Assembly (NCBI GenBank): GCA_963772835.1
Contig: CAVYYZ010000001.1
Span: 96,001 to 160,000, forward strand
Direction of reading: 5' to 3'
Origin: an uncultured delta proteobacterium
GTDB lineage: Bacteria > Desulfobacterota > Desulfuromonadia > Geobacterales > Pseudopelobacteraceae
DNA: 64,000 bases
Positions within the stretch are counted from its first letter, which is position 1. Each line of letters opens with the position of its first letter. Shown here one piece after another: positions 22,661-33,527 of the stretch. The notes beneath the pieces are model-generated. The model was not told the origin of the DNA and made no database searches. It worked only from the letters and a program-made list of their open reading frames with translations. The position numbers and the translations under genes are program-made.

Positions 22661-24571
22661 ATGGATACGATATCAATTACGCTCCCGGATAACTCTTCAC
22701 GAGAACTGAACGATGATGCCACAGTATATGAGTTGGCAGCCTCGATTGGAGCCGGTCTTGCCAAAGCTGCGTTGGCAGGAAAAATCAATGGCCAACTGGT
22801 AGATCTCTCTGCCCGGTTGACCAACGGCGACCTCGTTGAAATTGTTACTGAAAAAAGTCCTGAAGCACTTGAAATTATTCGCCATTCAACTTCACATTTG
22901 ATGGCTCAGGCTGTCAAAGAGCTCTTTCCGCAGGCCAAGGTTACGATCGGGCCGGCCATTGAAACCGGTTTCTATTACGATTTTGATGTTGAAAAACCGT
23001 TTACGCCGGATGATCTGGAGCGTATTGAAGCAAAAATGTTGCTACTGGCTGCCGCCGATCAGAAAATTGAGCGGAGCGACTATGCCAGTGCCGATGCAAT
23101 CAGCATGTTTGAAGCCATGGGTGAATCGTATAAAACTGAATTGATCAACGATCTTGGCGTCGATTACGTTTCGGTATACAGACAGGGCACGTTTGCCGAT
23201 CTTTGCCGCGGTCCGCATCTCCCTTCTACAGGTCGAATCAAGGCATTTAAACTGCTTTCTATTGCAGGAGCTTACTGGCGAGGCAGCGAAAATAACCGTA
23301 TGCTTCAGCGGATTTACGGAACCGCCTTCGTTGATAAAAAAGAGCTGGAAGCGTATTTGAACCGCCTGGAAGAAGCAAAACGACGGGATCATCGTAAGAT
23401 CGGCAGAGAGTTGGATCTGTTCTCATTTTCGGATGAAGTCGGCGCCGGTTTCCCGATCTGGCACCCAAAAGGTGCCATGTTGCGCACGGTTCTTGAGGAT
23501 TTTGAGCGCAAGGAACATTTGAAGCGGGATTATGATATCGTAGTCGGACCCCAGATTCTCAAGAGTGAACTCTGGCAGCGTTCAGGCCACTACGAAAATT
23601 ACCGTGAAAACATGTATTTTACTGAGGTCGATGAGCAGAGTTATGGCATAAAGCCGATGAACTGTCTCTCCCATATGATGATTTACAAGTCTCAATTGCG
23701 GAGTTATCGCGATCTTCCGCTCCGTTATTTCGAACTCGGAACGGTACACCGTCACGAGCGGGCCGGAGTGCTTCACGGCCTCATGCGGGTACGATGCTTT
23801 ACCCAGGATGACGCCCATATTCTCTGTACTCCTGAACAACTGGATGCCGAAATTAAAGGTGTGCTTGCTTTTGTTAACGACGTGATGACTATTTTCGGTT
23901 TTGAGTACGAGATGGAGCTTTCAACACGACCGGAAAAATCGATTGGATCTGATTCAGACTGGGAACAGGCCACAGGGGCTTTGTTGTCTGCTTTGAACGA
24001 TTCCGGTCGCCCATATGATATAAATGAGGGTGATGGCGCATTTTACGGGCCTAAAATTGATATAAAACTGCGCGATTGTCTTGACAGGAGATGGCAGTGT
24101 GCTACTATCCAGTGCGATTTCACTCTGCCGGAGCGCTTTGATCTGACCTATGTAGCGTCTGATGGTGAGCGTAAACGCCCGATAATGGTCCATCGTGTGA
24201 TCCTCGGTTCGATTGAGCGATTTATTGGTGTTCTTATTGAACATTTCGCCGGAAGTTTCCCGCTCTGGATTTCTCCGGTTCAAGCGATTATTGTCACGGT
24301 AACGGATAGCCAGGTGCCGTTTGCCCAGGATGTCTATCGGCAGTTGCGCAACGCAGGGATCCGTATTGAACGCGATGTCCGGAACGAAAAGCTGAGCTTC
24401 AAAATTCGCGAGGCCCAGATCCAGAAAATTCCCTATATGCTGGTTATCGGTGATAAAGAAGTTGAACAGGGTACGGTAACTCCTCGCTATCGCGATGGCA
24501 AGAACCTCCCTGCCATGAAACCTGAAGAGTTTGTAGATTTTGTTATTCAGGAATGTAAAAACTATAAATAA
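22661..24571 (+). CDS. thrS: Threonyl-tRNA synthetase
   Basis: TGS domain, [46 protein letters not shown]. Confidence 0.98.
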   Translation: MDTISITLPDNSSRELNDDATVYELAASIGAGLAKAALAGKINGQLVDLSARLTNGDLVEIVTEKSPEALEIIRHSTSHLMAQAVKELFPQAKVTIGPAIETGFYYDFDVEKPFTPDDLERIEAKMLLLAAADQKIERSDYASADAISMFEAMGESYKTELINDLGVDYVSVYRQGTFADLCRGPHLPSTGRIKAFKLLSIAGAYWRGSENNRMLQRIYGTAFVDKKELEAYLNRLEEAKRRDHRKIGRELDLFSFSDEVGAGFPIWHPKGAMLRTVLEDFERKEHLKRDYDIVVGPQILKSELWQRSGHYENYRENMYFTEVDEQSYGIKPMNCLSHMMIYKSQLRSYRDLPLRYFELGTVHRHERAGVLHGLMRVRCFTQDDAHILCTPEQLDAEIKGVLAFVNDVMTIFGFEYEMELSTRPEKSIGSDSDWEQATGALLSALNDSGRPYDINEGDGAFYGPKIDIKLRDCLDRRWQCATIQCDFTLPERFDLTYVASDGERKRPIMVHRVILGSIERFIGVLIEHFAGSFPLWISPVQAIIVTVTDSQVPFAQDVYRQLRNAGIRIERDVRNEKLSFKIREAQIQKIPYMLVIGDKEVEQGTVTPRYRDGKNLPAMKPEEFVDFVIQECKNYK

Positions 24572-24622
24572 TGTATAAGTCAGACAGCAGCGAATAATAA
24601 ACTACTGTCAGGAGGTGTCGCC

Positions 24623-25141
24623 ATAGCAAAACCGACCGTCAATATCAATCAGGCCATCAGAGTTTCTGAAGTTCGTGTAATTGGAGCAACAGGAGAGGCC
24701 CTGGGCGTGCTTACCCTCTCACAGGCGCTTGAAATGGCCGAACAGCAGCAGCTGGATCTGGTTGAAGTGTCACCAACGGCAGTTCCTCCCGTTTGCAGAA
24801 TTATGGACTATGGCAAGTTCAAGTACCAGCAGAGTAAAAAACTGCAGGAAGCAAAAAAGAAACAGGTTCATGTACTGCTGAAAGAGGTAAAGTTACGGCC
24901 GAAGACAGATAGCCACGATCTTGAGTTCAAGATAAACAACGTTAAACGCTTTCTTGAAGAAGGAAATAAAGCCAAAATCACGCTTGTATTTCGAGGCCGC
25001 GAAATTACCCACATGGATGTCGGTCGGGCGGTAATTGAAAAAGTTGCAAAGGAATTGCAGGAAGTATGTGTTATTGAAAATCAACCCCGCGTTGAAGGTC
25101 GTAACATGTACATGATTGTTGCACCCAAACCGAAAAAGTAA
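24623..25141 (+). CDS. infC: Translation initiation factor IF-3 with non-AUG (ATA) start
   Basis: GGAGG-N7-ATA in frame with NINQAIR..EVRVIG, DLVEV, CRIMDYGKFKY, FRGRE. Confidence 0.93.
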   Translation: MAKPTVNINQAIRVSEVRVIGATGEALGVLTLSQALEMAEQQQLDLVEVSPTAVPPVCRIMDYGKFKYQQSKKLQEAKKKQVHVLLKEVKLRPKTDSHDLEFKINNVKRFLEEGNKAKITLVFRGREITHMDVGRAVIEKVAKELQEVCVIENQPRVEGRNMYMIVAPKPKK

Positions 25142-25191
25142 AAAATATACCACGTATTTAATTAGCTATTATATCGAAGAAGGAGTTTCTT

Positions 25192-25389
25192 ATGCCTAAG
25201 ATTAAAACAAACCGCGGTGCTGCCAAGCGCTTCAGGAAGTCAGCTTCCGGAAGAATCAAGTGTGGATGCGCTTTCACAAGTCACATACTGACACCTATGA
25301 GCCGCAAACGTAAACGCAATCTTCGTGGTGGGTCCATGGTCGCTGCTGTTGACCAAAAGAACATATCCCGTTTGATTCCTTACAAATAG
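25192..25389 (+). CDS. rpmI: 50S ribosomal protein L35
   Basis: [14 protein letters not shown]...SHIL; between infC and rplT. Confidence 0.96.
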   Translation: MPKIKTNRGAAKRFRKSASGRIKCGCAFTSHILTPMSRKRKRNLRGGSMVAAVDQKNISRLIPYK

Positions 25390-25496
25390 CAAATTATCTC
25401 TTCATTCGCGTGAAGAGATGCATAATGCCAAGAACCATGAGGAAATTGTCTCCCCTTGTGGATCTGGCCAATTCAGCAACGAAGGAGTAGTGACGT

Positions 25497-25850
25497 ATGG
25501 CACGTGTAAAAAGAGGATTTAAAGCGAGACGCAGACGCAACAAGGTATTAAAGCTGGCTAAAGGTTACCGCGGTGCGCGGAGCAAATTGTTTCGCAGTGC
25601 AACAGAAGCGGTAGACCGGGCTTTAAATTATGCCTTCCGCGACCGGCGCGTCAAAAAACGTGATTTCCGCAGTCTGTGGATTGTTCGTATCAATGCGGCT
25701 TCACGCATCAATGGTCTGTCTTACAGCAAGTTCATTTTCGGTCTCAAAAAAGCCGATATACAGATCGACCGTAAAGTGCTGGCTGACATTGCGGTGACCG
25801 ATCCAAACGGATTTGCGCAGATTGCAGCACTTGCAAAGGCTGGTATTTAG
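25497..25850 (+). CDS. rplT: 50S ribosomal protein L20
   Basis: [34 protein letters not shown]. Confidence 0.98.
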   Translation: MARVKRGFKARRRRNKVLKLAKGYRGARSKLFRSATEAVDRALNYAFRDRRVKKRDFRSLWIVRINAASRINGLSYSKFIFGLKKADIQIDRKVLADIAVTDPNGFAQIAALAKAGI

Positions 25851-25873
25851 GCTTTTTGCGGTTTTTATTATGG

Positions 25874-25907
25874 AAAGGGAATGGGACTTGCGCCCATTCC
25901 CTTTTTT
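25874..25907 (+). terminator. Intrinsic terminator after rplT
   Basis: aaagggaatggg-acttgcg-cccattcccttttt. Confidence 0.88.
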
Positions 25908-25954
25908 GTACAGTATAAAAACATTTACCAAAATATGTATTGAAGGTAAACACT

Positions 25955-26971
25955 ATGCGGGAACAACTTGAGAAATTGAGAGACGGCGCTCTCCAGGCAA
26001 TCGGCACTGCGTCTTCAGTAGAGCAGCTTCAGGAAATACGTATCAGACTGCTTGGCCGTAAAGGCGAACTAACAGCGCTGATGAAGGGACTTGGTTCTCT
26101 GTCTGCTGAGGAGCGTCCCATTGTTGGGCAGTTGGTTAACACAGTCCGTGATGAGATTGAATCGACACTCAGCGCTGCAAGCGCATCGGAACATGAAAAG
26201 GTTATTTCTGCGCGGCTTAAGTCTGAACGAGTCGATACGTCTCTTCCCGGTCGGCGCCCGCTGAAGGGCAACAAACATCCAGTATCCCTTGTAATTGAGG
26301 AAATATGCTCAATTTTTGCGGGACTGGGATTTTCTGTTGCAGAAGGACCAGAGATTGAACATGACTGGTACAATTTTGAAGCGCTCAACTTCCCGCCGGA
26401 GCACCCTGCCCGTGATATGCAGGATACATTCTTCGTGGAAAACAGCCTGTTGTTACGTACCCATACTTCTCCGGTGCAGATTCGCACCATGCTCAAGCAG
26501 AAACCTCCGGTCCGGATCATAGCTCCGGGAACTGTTTATCGCTGCGATTCAGACGCGACACACTCTCCGATGTTCCACCAGATCGAAGGACTAATGGTCG
26601 ACAACAGAGTGACATTCGGCGACCTTAAAGGGATACTCACGGTATTTACAAACCAGCTGTTTGGTCAGAAAACCGGTGTCAGGCTCCGTCCCAGTTATTT
26701 CCCTTTTACGGAACCTTCGGCTGAGGTCGATATCGCCTGTGTCATCTGTGGCGGTAAAGGGTGCCGGGTCTGCAAAAATAGTGGGTGGCTTGAAATTCTT
26801 GGTGCCGGTATGGTTGATCCGGAAGTATATCGCCATGTACAGTATGACGCGGACAATATATCCGGATTTGCATTCGGAATGGGAATCGAACGCATTGCCA
26901 TGCTGAAGTACGGCATTTCAGACATGCGCCTCCTTTTTGAAAATGATGTCCGTTTTCTTCGGCAGTTCTAA
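25955..26971 (+). CDS. pheS: Phenylalanyl-tRNA synthetase alpha subunit
   Basis: HPARDMQDTF, LRTHTSPVQ, THSPMFHQIEG, YFPFTEPSAE, GFAFGMGIER. Confidence 0.98.
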   Translation: MREQLEKLRDGALQAIGTASSVEQLQEIRIRLLGRKGELTALMKGLGSLSAEERPIVGQLVNTVRDEIESTLSAASASEHEKVISARLKSERVDTSLPGRRPLKGNKHPVSLVIEEICSIFAGLGFSVAEGPEIEHDWYNFEALNFPPEHPARDMQDTFFVENSLLLRTHTSPVQIRTMLKQKPPVRIIAPGTVYRCDSDATHSPMFHQIEGLMVDNRVTFGDLKGILTVFTNQLFGQKTGVRLRPSYFPFTEPSAEVDIACVICGGKGCRVCKNSGWLEILGAGMVDPEVYRHVQYDADNISGFAFGMGIERIAMLKYGISDMRLLFENDVRFLRQF

Positions 26972-26997
26972 ATTTACTCTATTTATGGTGCTTTGAT

Positions 26998-29406
26998 ATG
27001 AACGTAACATACAACTGGCTGAAAGAATTTGTAGATTTTGACGCTACACCTGAAGAACTTGCTGATTTGCTGACAATGCTCGGGCTTGAAGTTGAGGCAA
27101 TGAAGAAGCTCGGTGAAGGTCTGGACGATGTAGTCGTTGCACTGGTTGAGGAAAAACGGCCGCACCCCAATGCAGATAAACTCTCGCTATGTCGGGTGAA
27201 TAATGGCAGGGAAGTGCTTGACATCGTCTGCGGTGCCCAGAATTTCAAGCAGGGTGACACCGTTGCTCTGGCACAGATAGGTGCCGTGCTTCCGGGCGAT
27301 TTTAAAATAAAACGTTCAAAGATCCGTGGTGAAGAGTCCTGCGGAATGCTTTGCTCAGATAAAGAACTGGGGTTGTCCGATGAGAGCGCCGGAATTATGG
27401 TACTTCCCCCAGCAATTGCGCCACTGGGAACGCCTGTTTTTACTGCTCTTGGTCTCAAAGATACTTTGTTTGAAATCGGCCTGACTCCCAACCGTTCCGA
27501 CTGTCTGAGTGTTTTAGGTATTGCGCGGGATATTGCTGCCAAGCTTAGCCTTAAGCTGAACTATCCGCATGCCACTCTGGTCGAGGGCCCAGAACGTGCA
27601 GATTCAGTAATCGGAATTACCGTTGATACTGCTGAGATCTGCCCACGTTATGCCGCCCGTTATATCTCCGGCTGCACAATTGCCCCTTCACCGGAATGGC
27701 TTGTTAAACGCCTCAATGCCATAGGAATACGCTCGATTAATAATGTGGTCGATGTAACAAATCTGATTATGATGGAGTTTGGGCAGCCGCTGCATGCATT
27801 CGATTGCGACCGGCTTTCCGGAAAACGTATCGTAGTGCGCCTGGCCGAAGAAGGCGAATCGTTCACTACACTTGATAATCAGATACGTGTATTAACCGCT
27901 ACTGATCTCGTCATTTGTGATGCTGACCGCCCCGTTGCTCTTGCCGGTATTATGGGGGGATTGAACTCGGAAATAGAAAATACGACGACCAATATCCTCC
28001 TTGAAAGCGCCTTTTTTAAGCCGGCATCAATTCGCAAGACCGCTAAGCGCCTCGGCCTGCATACCGAGTCATCTCATCGCTTTGAACGAGGCATAGACAT
28101 TGATGGTGTTGTCCGTGCGCTTGATAGGGCCGCCTCGATGATTGTTGCGTTGGCTGGAGGCGTTTTGGCTCACGGGTGCCTTGATGCGTATCATGGCTCA
28201 TGTGATCGCTCACCAATCACATTCCGCCCGGAAAAGGCAAATGAGCTGATTGGCATCGACCTGAAGCGGGATGTTATTATTGATATTCTGACCCGGTTGG
28301 AGTGCCGTATTTCAGAGTGTGCTGACGGGACAGTAACTGTAATCCCGCCACATTACCGCATAGATATTGAGAGAGAAGTTGATCTGATAGAAGAGATTGC
28401 CCGCTTGAACGGATATGATAAAATCCCTGCAACAATGCCGATTGCGAGGGTTGTCTCAGATCGTCCAACCCGTCATCAGGAAATTGAAAAGCGGGTGAGA
28501 GACCTCCTTGTCAATAACGGCATGACAGAAATAATCAATTTTAGTTTCACCGCACCTGACGCCGCCGGGAAACTGCTCCTAAAAGACGATGACCCGCGAC
28601 ACATAGCAATAAAACTGACTAATCCTCTTGTTGATGAACAGTCGGTAATGCGGACCACATTGCTTCCAGGACTTCTGGAGACTGCTGCCAGAAATATGAA
28701 CTTCCGATCACTTGACCTTAAAATATTCGAAATAAGACGTGTTTATCTTCCCGGTGATGGGGAGAGCATGCCTCGTGAACCCCTGTGTATAGTTGGAGCT
28801 GTAACCGGTTCCCGTGATGGTGACGGCTGGAGCCGTCCTAACGAAATGGTCGATTTTTATGATGCCAAAGGGATTGTCGAGACTGTTCTGGATTATCTCG
28901 ACATCGGGGGCATATCGTGGGTCACGGATAATCCGGAGCGATATTATCACCCCGGGAAAAGCTGCGGTATTTTCGCAGGCCGTGATTGTATCGGTTCAGT
29001 AGGAGAGTTGCACCCGACCGTTCAAAAAAACTTTGGCATTGAAAAGCCGATATATTGTTTTGAACTCGATTTCGAGAAGCTTGTAAAGCTGGCGCGAACA
29101 AAAAAAACGATAGCGGCTCCTTCCCGTTTTCCCGACAGCACCCGCGACATCGCTTTGTTGGTACCGGAACCGCTTGAAGCTGCTAAAATAATTGAGTGTA
29201 TCAAGGCTGAAAAATCAAAAGAAATTGAGCATATTCAGATATTTGATGTCTACCGCGGCAAAGGGGTCCCTGAAGGCCATAAGAGCATTGCAGTGCGAAT
29301 TCGATACCGGTCGTTTGAACGCACACTGGCCGAAGAAGAGATTGTCGCACTCCACAATAAAATCATCACTAACTTGCTTAATAAATTACAGGTAACAGTA
29401 AGATAA
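26998..29406 (+). CDS. pheT: Phenylalanyl-tRNA synthetase beta subunit
   Basis: HPNADKL, VCGA, SCGMLCS, TPNRSDCLS, GQPLHAFD, RFERG, DLIEEIAR, FDX-ACB tail. Confidence 0.98.
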   Translation: MNVTYNWLKEFVDFDATPEELADLLTMLGLEVEAMKKLGEGLDDVVVALVEEKRPHPNADKLSLCRVNNGREVLDIVCGAQNFKQGDTVALAQIGAVLPGDFKIKRSKIRGEESCGMLCSDKELGLSDESAGIMVLPPAIAPLGTPVFTALGLKDTLFEIGLTPNRSDCLSVLGIARDIAAKLSLKLNYPHATLVEGPERADSVIGITVDTAEICPRYAARYISGCTIAPSPEWLVKRLNAIGIRSINNVVDVTNLIMMEFGQPLHAFDCDRLSGKRIVVRLAEEGESFTTLDNQIRVLTATDLVICDADRPVALAGIMGGLNSEIENTTTNILLESAFFKPASIRKTAKRLGLHTESSHRFERGIDIDGVVRALDRAASMIVALAGGVLAHGCLDAYHGSCDRSPITFRPEKANELIGIDLKRDVIIDILTRLECRISECADGTVTVIPPHYRIDIEREVDLIEEIARLNGYDKIPATMPIARVVSDRPTRHQEIEKRVRDLLVNNGMTEIINFSFTAPDAAGKLLLKDDDPRHIAIKLTNPLVDEQSVMRTTLLPGLLETAARNMNFRSLDLKIFEIRRVYLPGDGESMPREPLCIVGAVTGSRDGDGWSRPNEMVDFYDAKGIVETVLDYLDIGGISWVTDNPERYYHPGKSCGIFAGRDCIGSVGELHPTVQKNFGIEKPIYCFELDFEKLVKLARTKKTIAAPSRFPDSTRDIALLVPEPLEAAKIIECIKAEKSKEIEHIQIFDVYRGKGVPEGHKSIAVRIRYRSFERTLAEEEIVALHNKIITNLLNKLQVTVR

Positions 29407-29411
29407 ATTTA

Positions 29412-29440
29412 TTGCGTAATAGATGCCCCTATGCTATAAA
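29412..29440 (+). promoter_or_regulatory. Sigma70-type internal promoter for ihfA
   Basis: TTGCGT-N17-TATAAA with an extended -10 TG. Confidence 0.55.
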
Positions 29441-29488
29441 ATTTCTCCTTTTGATTCAGTGCATTAACCGGAATAGTTGGAGGTAATT

Positions 29489-29773
29489 GTGACAAAAGCA
29501 GACATAGTAGAACGTATTCATCAAAGAATCGGTTTTTCAAAAAAAGAATCAGCCGAGATGGTGGAAACTGTATTCGGGCTTCTTAAGTTAACGTTAGAAT
29601 CTGGTGAAAAAATCAAGATCGCCGGATTTGGCAATTTTGTTGTAAAGCAGAAGTCTGACCGTCGCGGACGTAATCCGCAAACCGGAGAGACTATAACAAT
29701 AAATGCCCGTAGAATTCTGACATTTAAGCCTAGTCAGGTTTTGAAAAGTGCAATAAACGCTGAAGTAAAATAG
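29489..29773 (+). CDS. ihfA: Integration host factor alpha subunit
   Basis: TKADIVE, KIAGFGNF, RGRNPQTGE, TFKPSQ.LK. Follows pheT; GTG after GGAGG. Confidence 0.93.
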   Translation: MTKADIVERIHQRIGFSKKESAEMVETVFGLLKLTLESGEKIKIAGFGNFVVKQKSDRRGRNPQTGETITINARRILTFKPSQVLKSAINAEVK

Positions 29774-29797
29774 GTTGCAGATCAGGCGTACTACGTG

Positions 29798-30139
29798 ATG
29801 GCTTCAACAATAACTGAAAAAATATATTATAAAATCGGTGAAGTTGCTGAAGTTGCAGGCGTGAGAACATCCGTGCTGCGATTTTGGGAGTCTGAGTTTC
29901 CATTTTTAAAGCCGGTGAAAAGTGGTTCAGGTCAGAGGCTCTATTCAAAAAATGAAGTTGACCTTGTCTTGCAGGTTAAAAATCTCCTGTATGTTGAAAA
30001 ATTTACAATTGAAGGCGTAAAGAAAAGAATCACCTCAAAAGGCAAACTTATTAAAAATGAAGATGTAGTAGATGCAGATTACAGCAAAGTTTTGCAAACA
30101 GTTCGACACGAGCTCAAAGTAATTCGAGATTTATTGTAG
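29798..30139 (+). CDS. MerR-family HTH regulator (ihfA-associated)
   Basis: [36 protein letters not shown]; usual pheT-ihfA-merR-tRNA-Pro order. Confidence 0.9.
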   Translation: MASTITEKIYYKIGEVAEVAGVRTSVLRFWESEFPFLKPVKSGSGQRLYSKNEVDLVLQVKNLLYVEKFTIEGVKKRITSKGKLIKNEDVVDADYSKVLQTVRHELKVIRDLL

Positions 30140-30149
30140 AGTTGTTTTT

Positions 30150-30226
30150 CGGTGCGTAGCGCAGCCTGGTAGCGCACTAGACTGGGGGTCTAGTGGTCGC
30201 AAGTTCAAATCTTGTCGCACCGACCA
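30150..30226 (+). tRNA. tRNA-Pro(GGG)
   Basis: cggtgcg...cgcaccg-acca, anticodon loop CT-GGG-GG. Confidence 0.96.
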
Positions 30227-30230
30227 TAAA

Positions 30231-30274
30231 AAACAGGGACTTAGCCGATTCGGTTGAGTCCCTGTTTCTGTTTT
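30231..30274 (+). terminator. Hairpin/terminator after tRNA-Pro
   Basis: aaacagggactta...tgagtccctgttt plus a T-rich tail. Confidence 0.75.
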
Positions 30275-30871
30275 GGGTTAATTAAGTAGTGCAAATGTAG
30301 TGAGTGCAAATTTAATAACCTCTGCTGTATTGGTGTATACCTCCTACCTGAAACAACAACCGGCACCAGGTGAATAATTATTTCGCCGGGATGACTCCTG
30401 TATGATCCACCTAATAAGACATGATTGGTCTTTAACAACCCGTCAGAAGATGCGATATCTTAACCAGGGCCACCACTCTTTTTGTCAAAACGGCGTGACA
30501 CCTCCCTGAAAATCATCTGTACGAACGCCTGACAGTCCCTGGGGAAGAAGAACTACGCCCCTGCATCCAAGAGCAGTGCCGCCGATGGTGACTGCCTAAC
30601 TCTTAGACTGTACCTCGATTCTGGGTGAAGTTGGTCAGTACGGTGGCCAGTCGTTCGTCTGTTGTCAGGTTGTCTTGCTGGCCGTTCCGTGTCTTTGTCT
30701 AAAAACCTGCAGATGACGCAAGTGTTTTTATCTCTATACTTCTGGAAGAACACTATTATTATGCAGTTGCCTGTAAATGCATTGAAGGTGGATATTGTTT
30801 AAATGAATCTGGTTGAGGATATATAACGTTTTGATGATGATGTGACTTTAAAATCACTGCTACCATGAAAT

Positions 30872-30907
30872 AAGTACCGGGTGCCCATTGCGGGGGACCC
30901 GGTACTT
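30872..30907 (-). terminator. Inverted repeat downstream of LysR
   Basis: aagtaccgggt-N14-acccggtactt. Confidence 0.7.
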
Positions 30908-30968
30908 TAATGTTTGGCTGGATTGCGATGGAAAAGACACCGACAATCGTGACGATCTCCCAGATGTT

Positions 30969-31912
30969 TCATTTTCGCGATATCAAATTAGCCTTCGGCA
31001 GTTTTTCCGCATTTTGGAGTAGTCCCGCGCAAACGTCCCGAACGCATCCGCGCAGCCAGCGATGCGCTGGATCGGCATCCAGCCGTGGGTGCCAGAGCAA
31101 TGAAACCGTGATCTCCGGTGTGGAGACCGGAAGGGGAAAACTATGCATTCCGGCGCGCAGGTTTCCGGTGTGTCGTTCGGGAACAGTGGCGATCAGGTCG
31201 GAGGCCCGGGCCAGAGCCAGCGCGGTCGAAAAGCCACCGACGATCGTGACGATCTCCCGTTCCAGCCCGAGACGGCTTCAAGGCTTCATCAATCGGTTCC
31301 TGTCCGAGCCCCCGCCGCGAGACGCAGATGTGTCTGCCGGTCGCATAACGGGAGGGAGTGATTTTGCCTTGGCTCAGCGGGTGCCCCATGCGCACGACGC
31401 CAATGAAACGGTCCCGGAACAATGCCTGCGCACGCACCTCCGGACCGGTCGTCTTCTCCACAACGCCGGTTTCCAGATCGACGGTCCCGTCGCGAAGTGA
31501 CGTGCTGTCTTTGTCTGGCTTCTGCACGAAGCGCAGCCGCACGCCGGGAGCTTCCTCGCCGACGCGGGCAATGAGGCCCGGCCCGAAGTTTTCCACAAAG
31601 CCTTCGCTGGTCCGCAGTGTGAACGTTCGGACGAGTCTGTTTGAGGTTGAGCTTCTCGGCAGGGCGCAGCACTGCTTCTGCGTCCTGCACGAGCTGACTG
31701 ACCCGCTCGCGGAGTTCGAGTGCTCGGGGTGTGGGAACGAGACCGCGTCCGGCCCTGACCAACAGCGGATCGCCCGTCGTCTCACGCAATCGCGCCAGCG
31801 CCCGGCTCATCGCCGACGGGCTAAGCCGCAACCGTCGGGCTGCGCGCGCAACGCTGCCTTCCGCGAGCAGCACATCAAGAGTGACAAGCAGGTTGAAATC
31901 GGGTCTCGACAT
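30969..31912 (-). CDS. LysR-family regulator, two apparent +1 frameshifts (~31636, ~31272)
   Basis: MSRPDFNLL..LDVLLAEGSVARAARRL.LSPSAMSRAL.RLR..GDPLLVR; C-terminus WHPRLDADPAHRWLR. Removing 2 nt gives an open 313-aa frame. Confidence 0.85.
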
Positions 31913-32049
31913 ACGTTGATTATAGCACAGCTTTTTTGTTATGTGGCGTCAAACGCATTAATAAAGTGCAAATGATGCGTCTTCCGCCGTGTCTCGTATA
32001 GGACTATACTCTATTTATGGCAGCTCGGCTTTGCCAGAAAAAGGAGTTC

Positions 32050-33527
32050 ATGATGAAAACAATCATTACAGAAAGGCATGAGGCAGTAGTTGAAAGTGTC
32101 GAAGCGACACCTGCGGTTCGGTGGGCGCTCGCCAGCCTTTCACTCTCCATGCTGCTATCCTCACTCGATACCAGCATCGCCAATGTTGCCTTGCCGACGT
32201 TGGCACAGGCGTTCACCGCCTCCTTCCAGGAAGTCCAGTGGGTCGTTCTTGCTTATCTCCTCGCCATCACCACCCTGATCGTCAGCGTCGGACGGCTCGG
32301 CGACATCATCGGTCGCCGCCGGCTGCTCCTGGCCGGAATCTTCCTGTTCACGGTGGCCTCGGCTCTGTGCGGAGTCGCACCCACGCTCTGGCTGCTGATT
32401 GCCGCCCGGGCGGCGCAGGGCCTCGGAGGGGCCATCATGATGGCCCTCACCATGGCGATTGTCGGCGAGACGGTTCCGAAGGCAAAGACCGGCAGCGCCA
32501 TGGGACTGCTCGGAACGATGTCCGCGATTGGTACGGCTCTTGGCCCATCGCTCGGCGGTGTTCTGATCGCCGGATTCGGTTGGCGGTCGATCTTCCTTGT
32601 CAACGTGCCCCTCGGTATTCTGACCTTTCTTCTCTCGCATCACTACCTGCCCGTTGAGTCATCGGGTTCCTACCGCTGATCGGAACGTATTCGACAAAGT
32701 GGGCACACTGCTTCTTGCCCTAACGCTCGCGGCGTATGCTCTCGCCGTGACGATCGGGCACGGTAGTTTCAGTTCACTCAACATGGCTCTGCTTCTGGCA
32801 GCGGTCTGCGGAGTCGGCCTCTTTGTGTTTGCCGAGAGCGAGTGCAACATCTCCTTTGATCCGTTTGGCGATGTTCCGCGATCCACTGCTGAGTGCGAGT
32901 CTCGCTATGAGCGCACTCGTCGCGACGGTGGTGACAACGACGCTGGTGGTTGGGCCTTTTTATCTCTCTCTGGCGCTCGGTCTCAGTGCCGCTATGGTTG
33001 GACTCGTCCTTGTCGGTCAGGTCCGCTGGTTGCAGCCCTGACTGCCGTGCCGGCCGGTCGTCTTGTGGACCGTTTTGACTCACAAACGCATGACCGTCGT
33101 AGGGCTCATCGTCATGGCGGCCGGCTCCTTCGTTCTTTCCCTGATTGCCGACGACACACGGCATCACCGGCTTCATCGCCCCCATCGTCGTCATCACCAG
33201 CGGTTATGCGCTGTTCCAGACTGCCAACAACACAGCAGTCATGAACGGTATGCGGCCCGACCAGCGGGGGTCATGTCCGGCATGCTCAACTTGTCACGAA
33301 ATCTCGGGCGCCTCACCGGTGCATCCGTTATGGGAACTGTGTTCGCGTTCGCATCAGTGACGAGCAACATTACAACGGCGCGTCCTGAGGCTGTTGCCAC
33401 CGGTATGCGGACTACGTTCGCAGTCGCAGCTATTTTGATCGTAGCCTCACTCGCCATAGCGGTTGGAAGCCGTGTTCTCTCGCGACACGCAATTCACTCT
33501 CTGGAGACGTTACATGATCCCACTTGA
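32050..33527 (+). CDS. DHA2-type MFS drug efflux transporter, about 7 frameshifts
   Basis: LDTSIANVALP, GRLGDIIGRRR, GPSLGG, NVPLG, FQTANNTAVM, SGMLNLSRNLG spread over three frames. Confidence 0.8.

Noticed and set aside
30910..31500. 196-aa plus-strand ORF with an internal PTIVTIS repeat
   Set aside because: It is antisense to LysR; the repeat reflects the 31-bp duplication reported separately.
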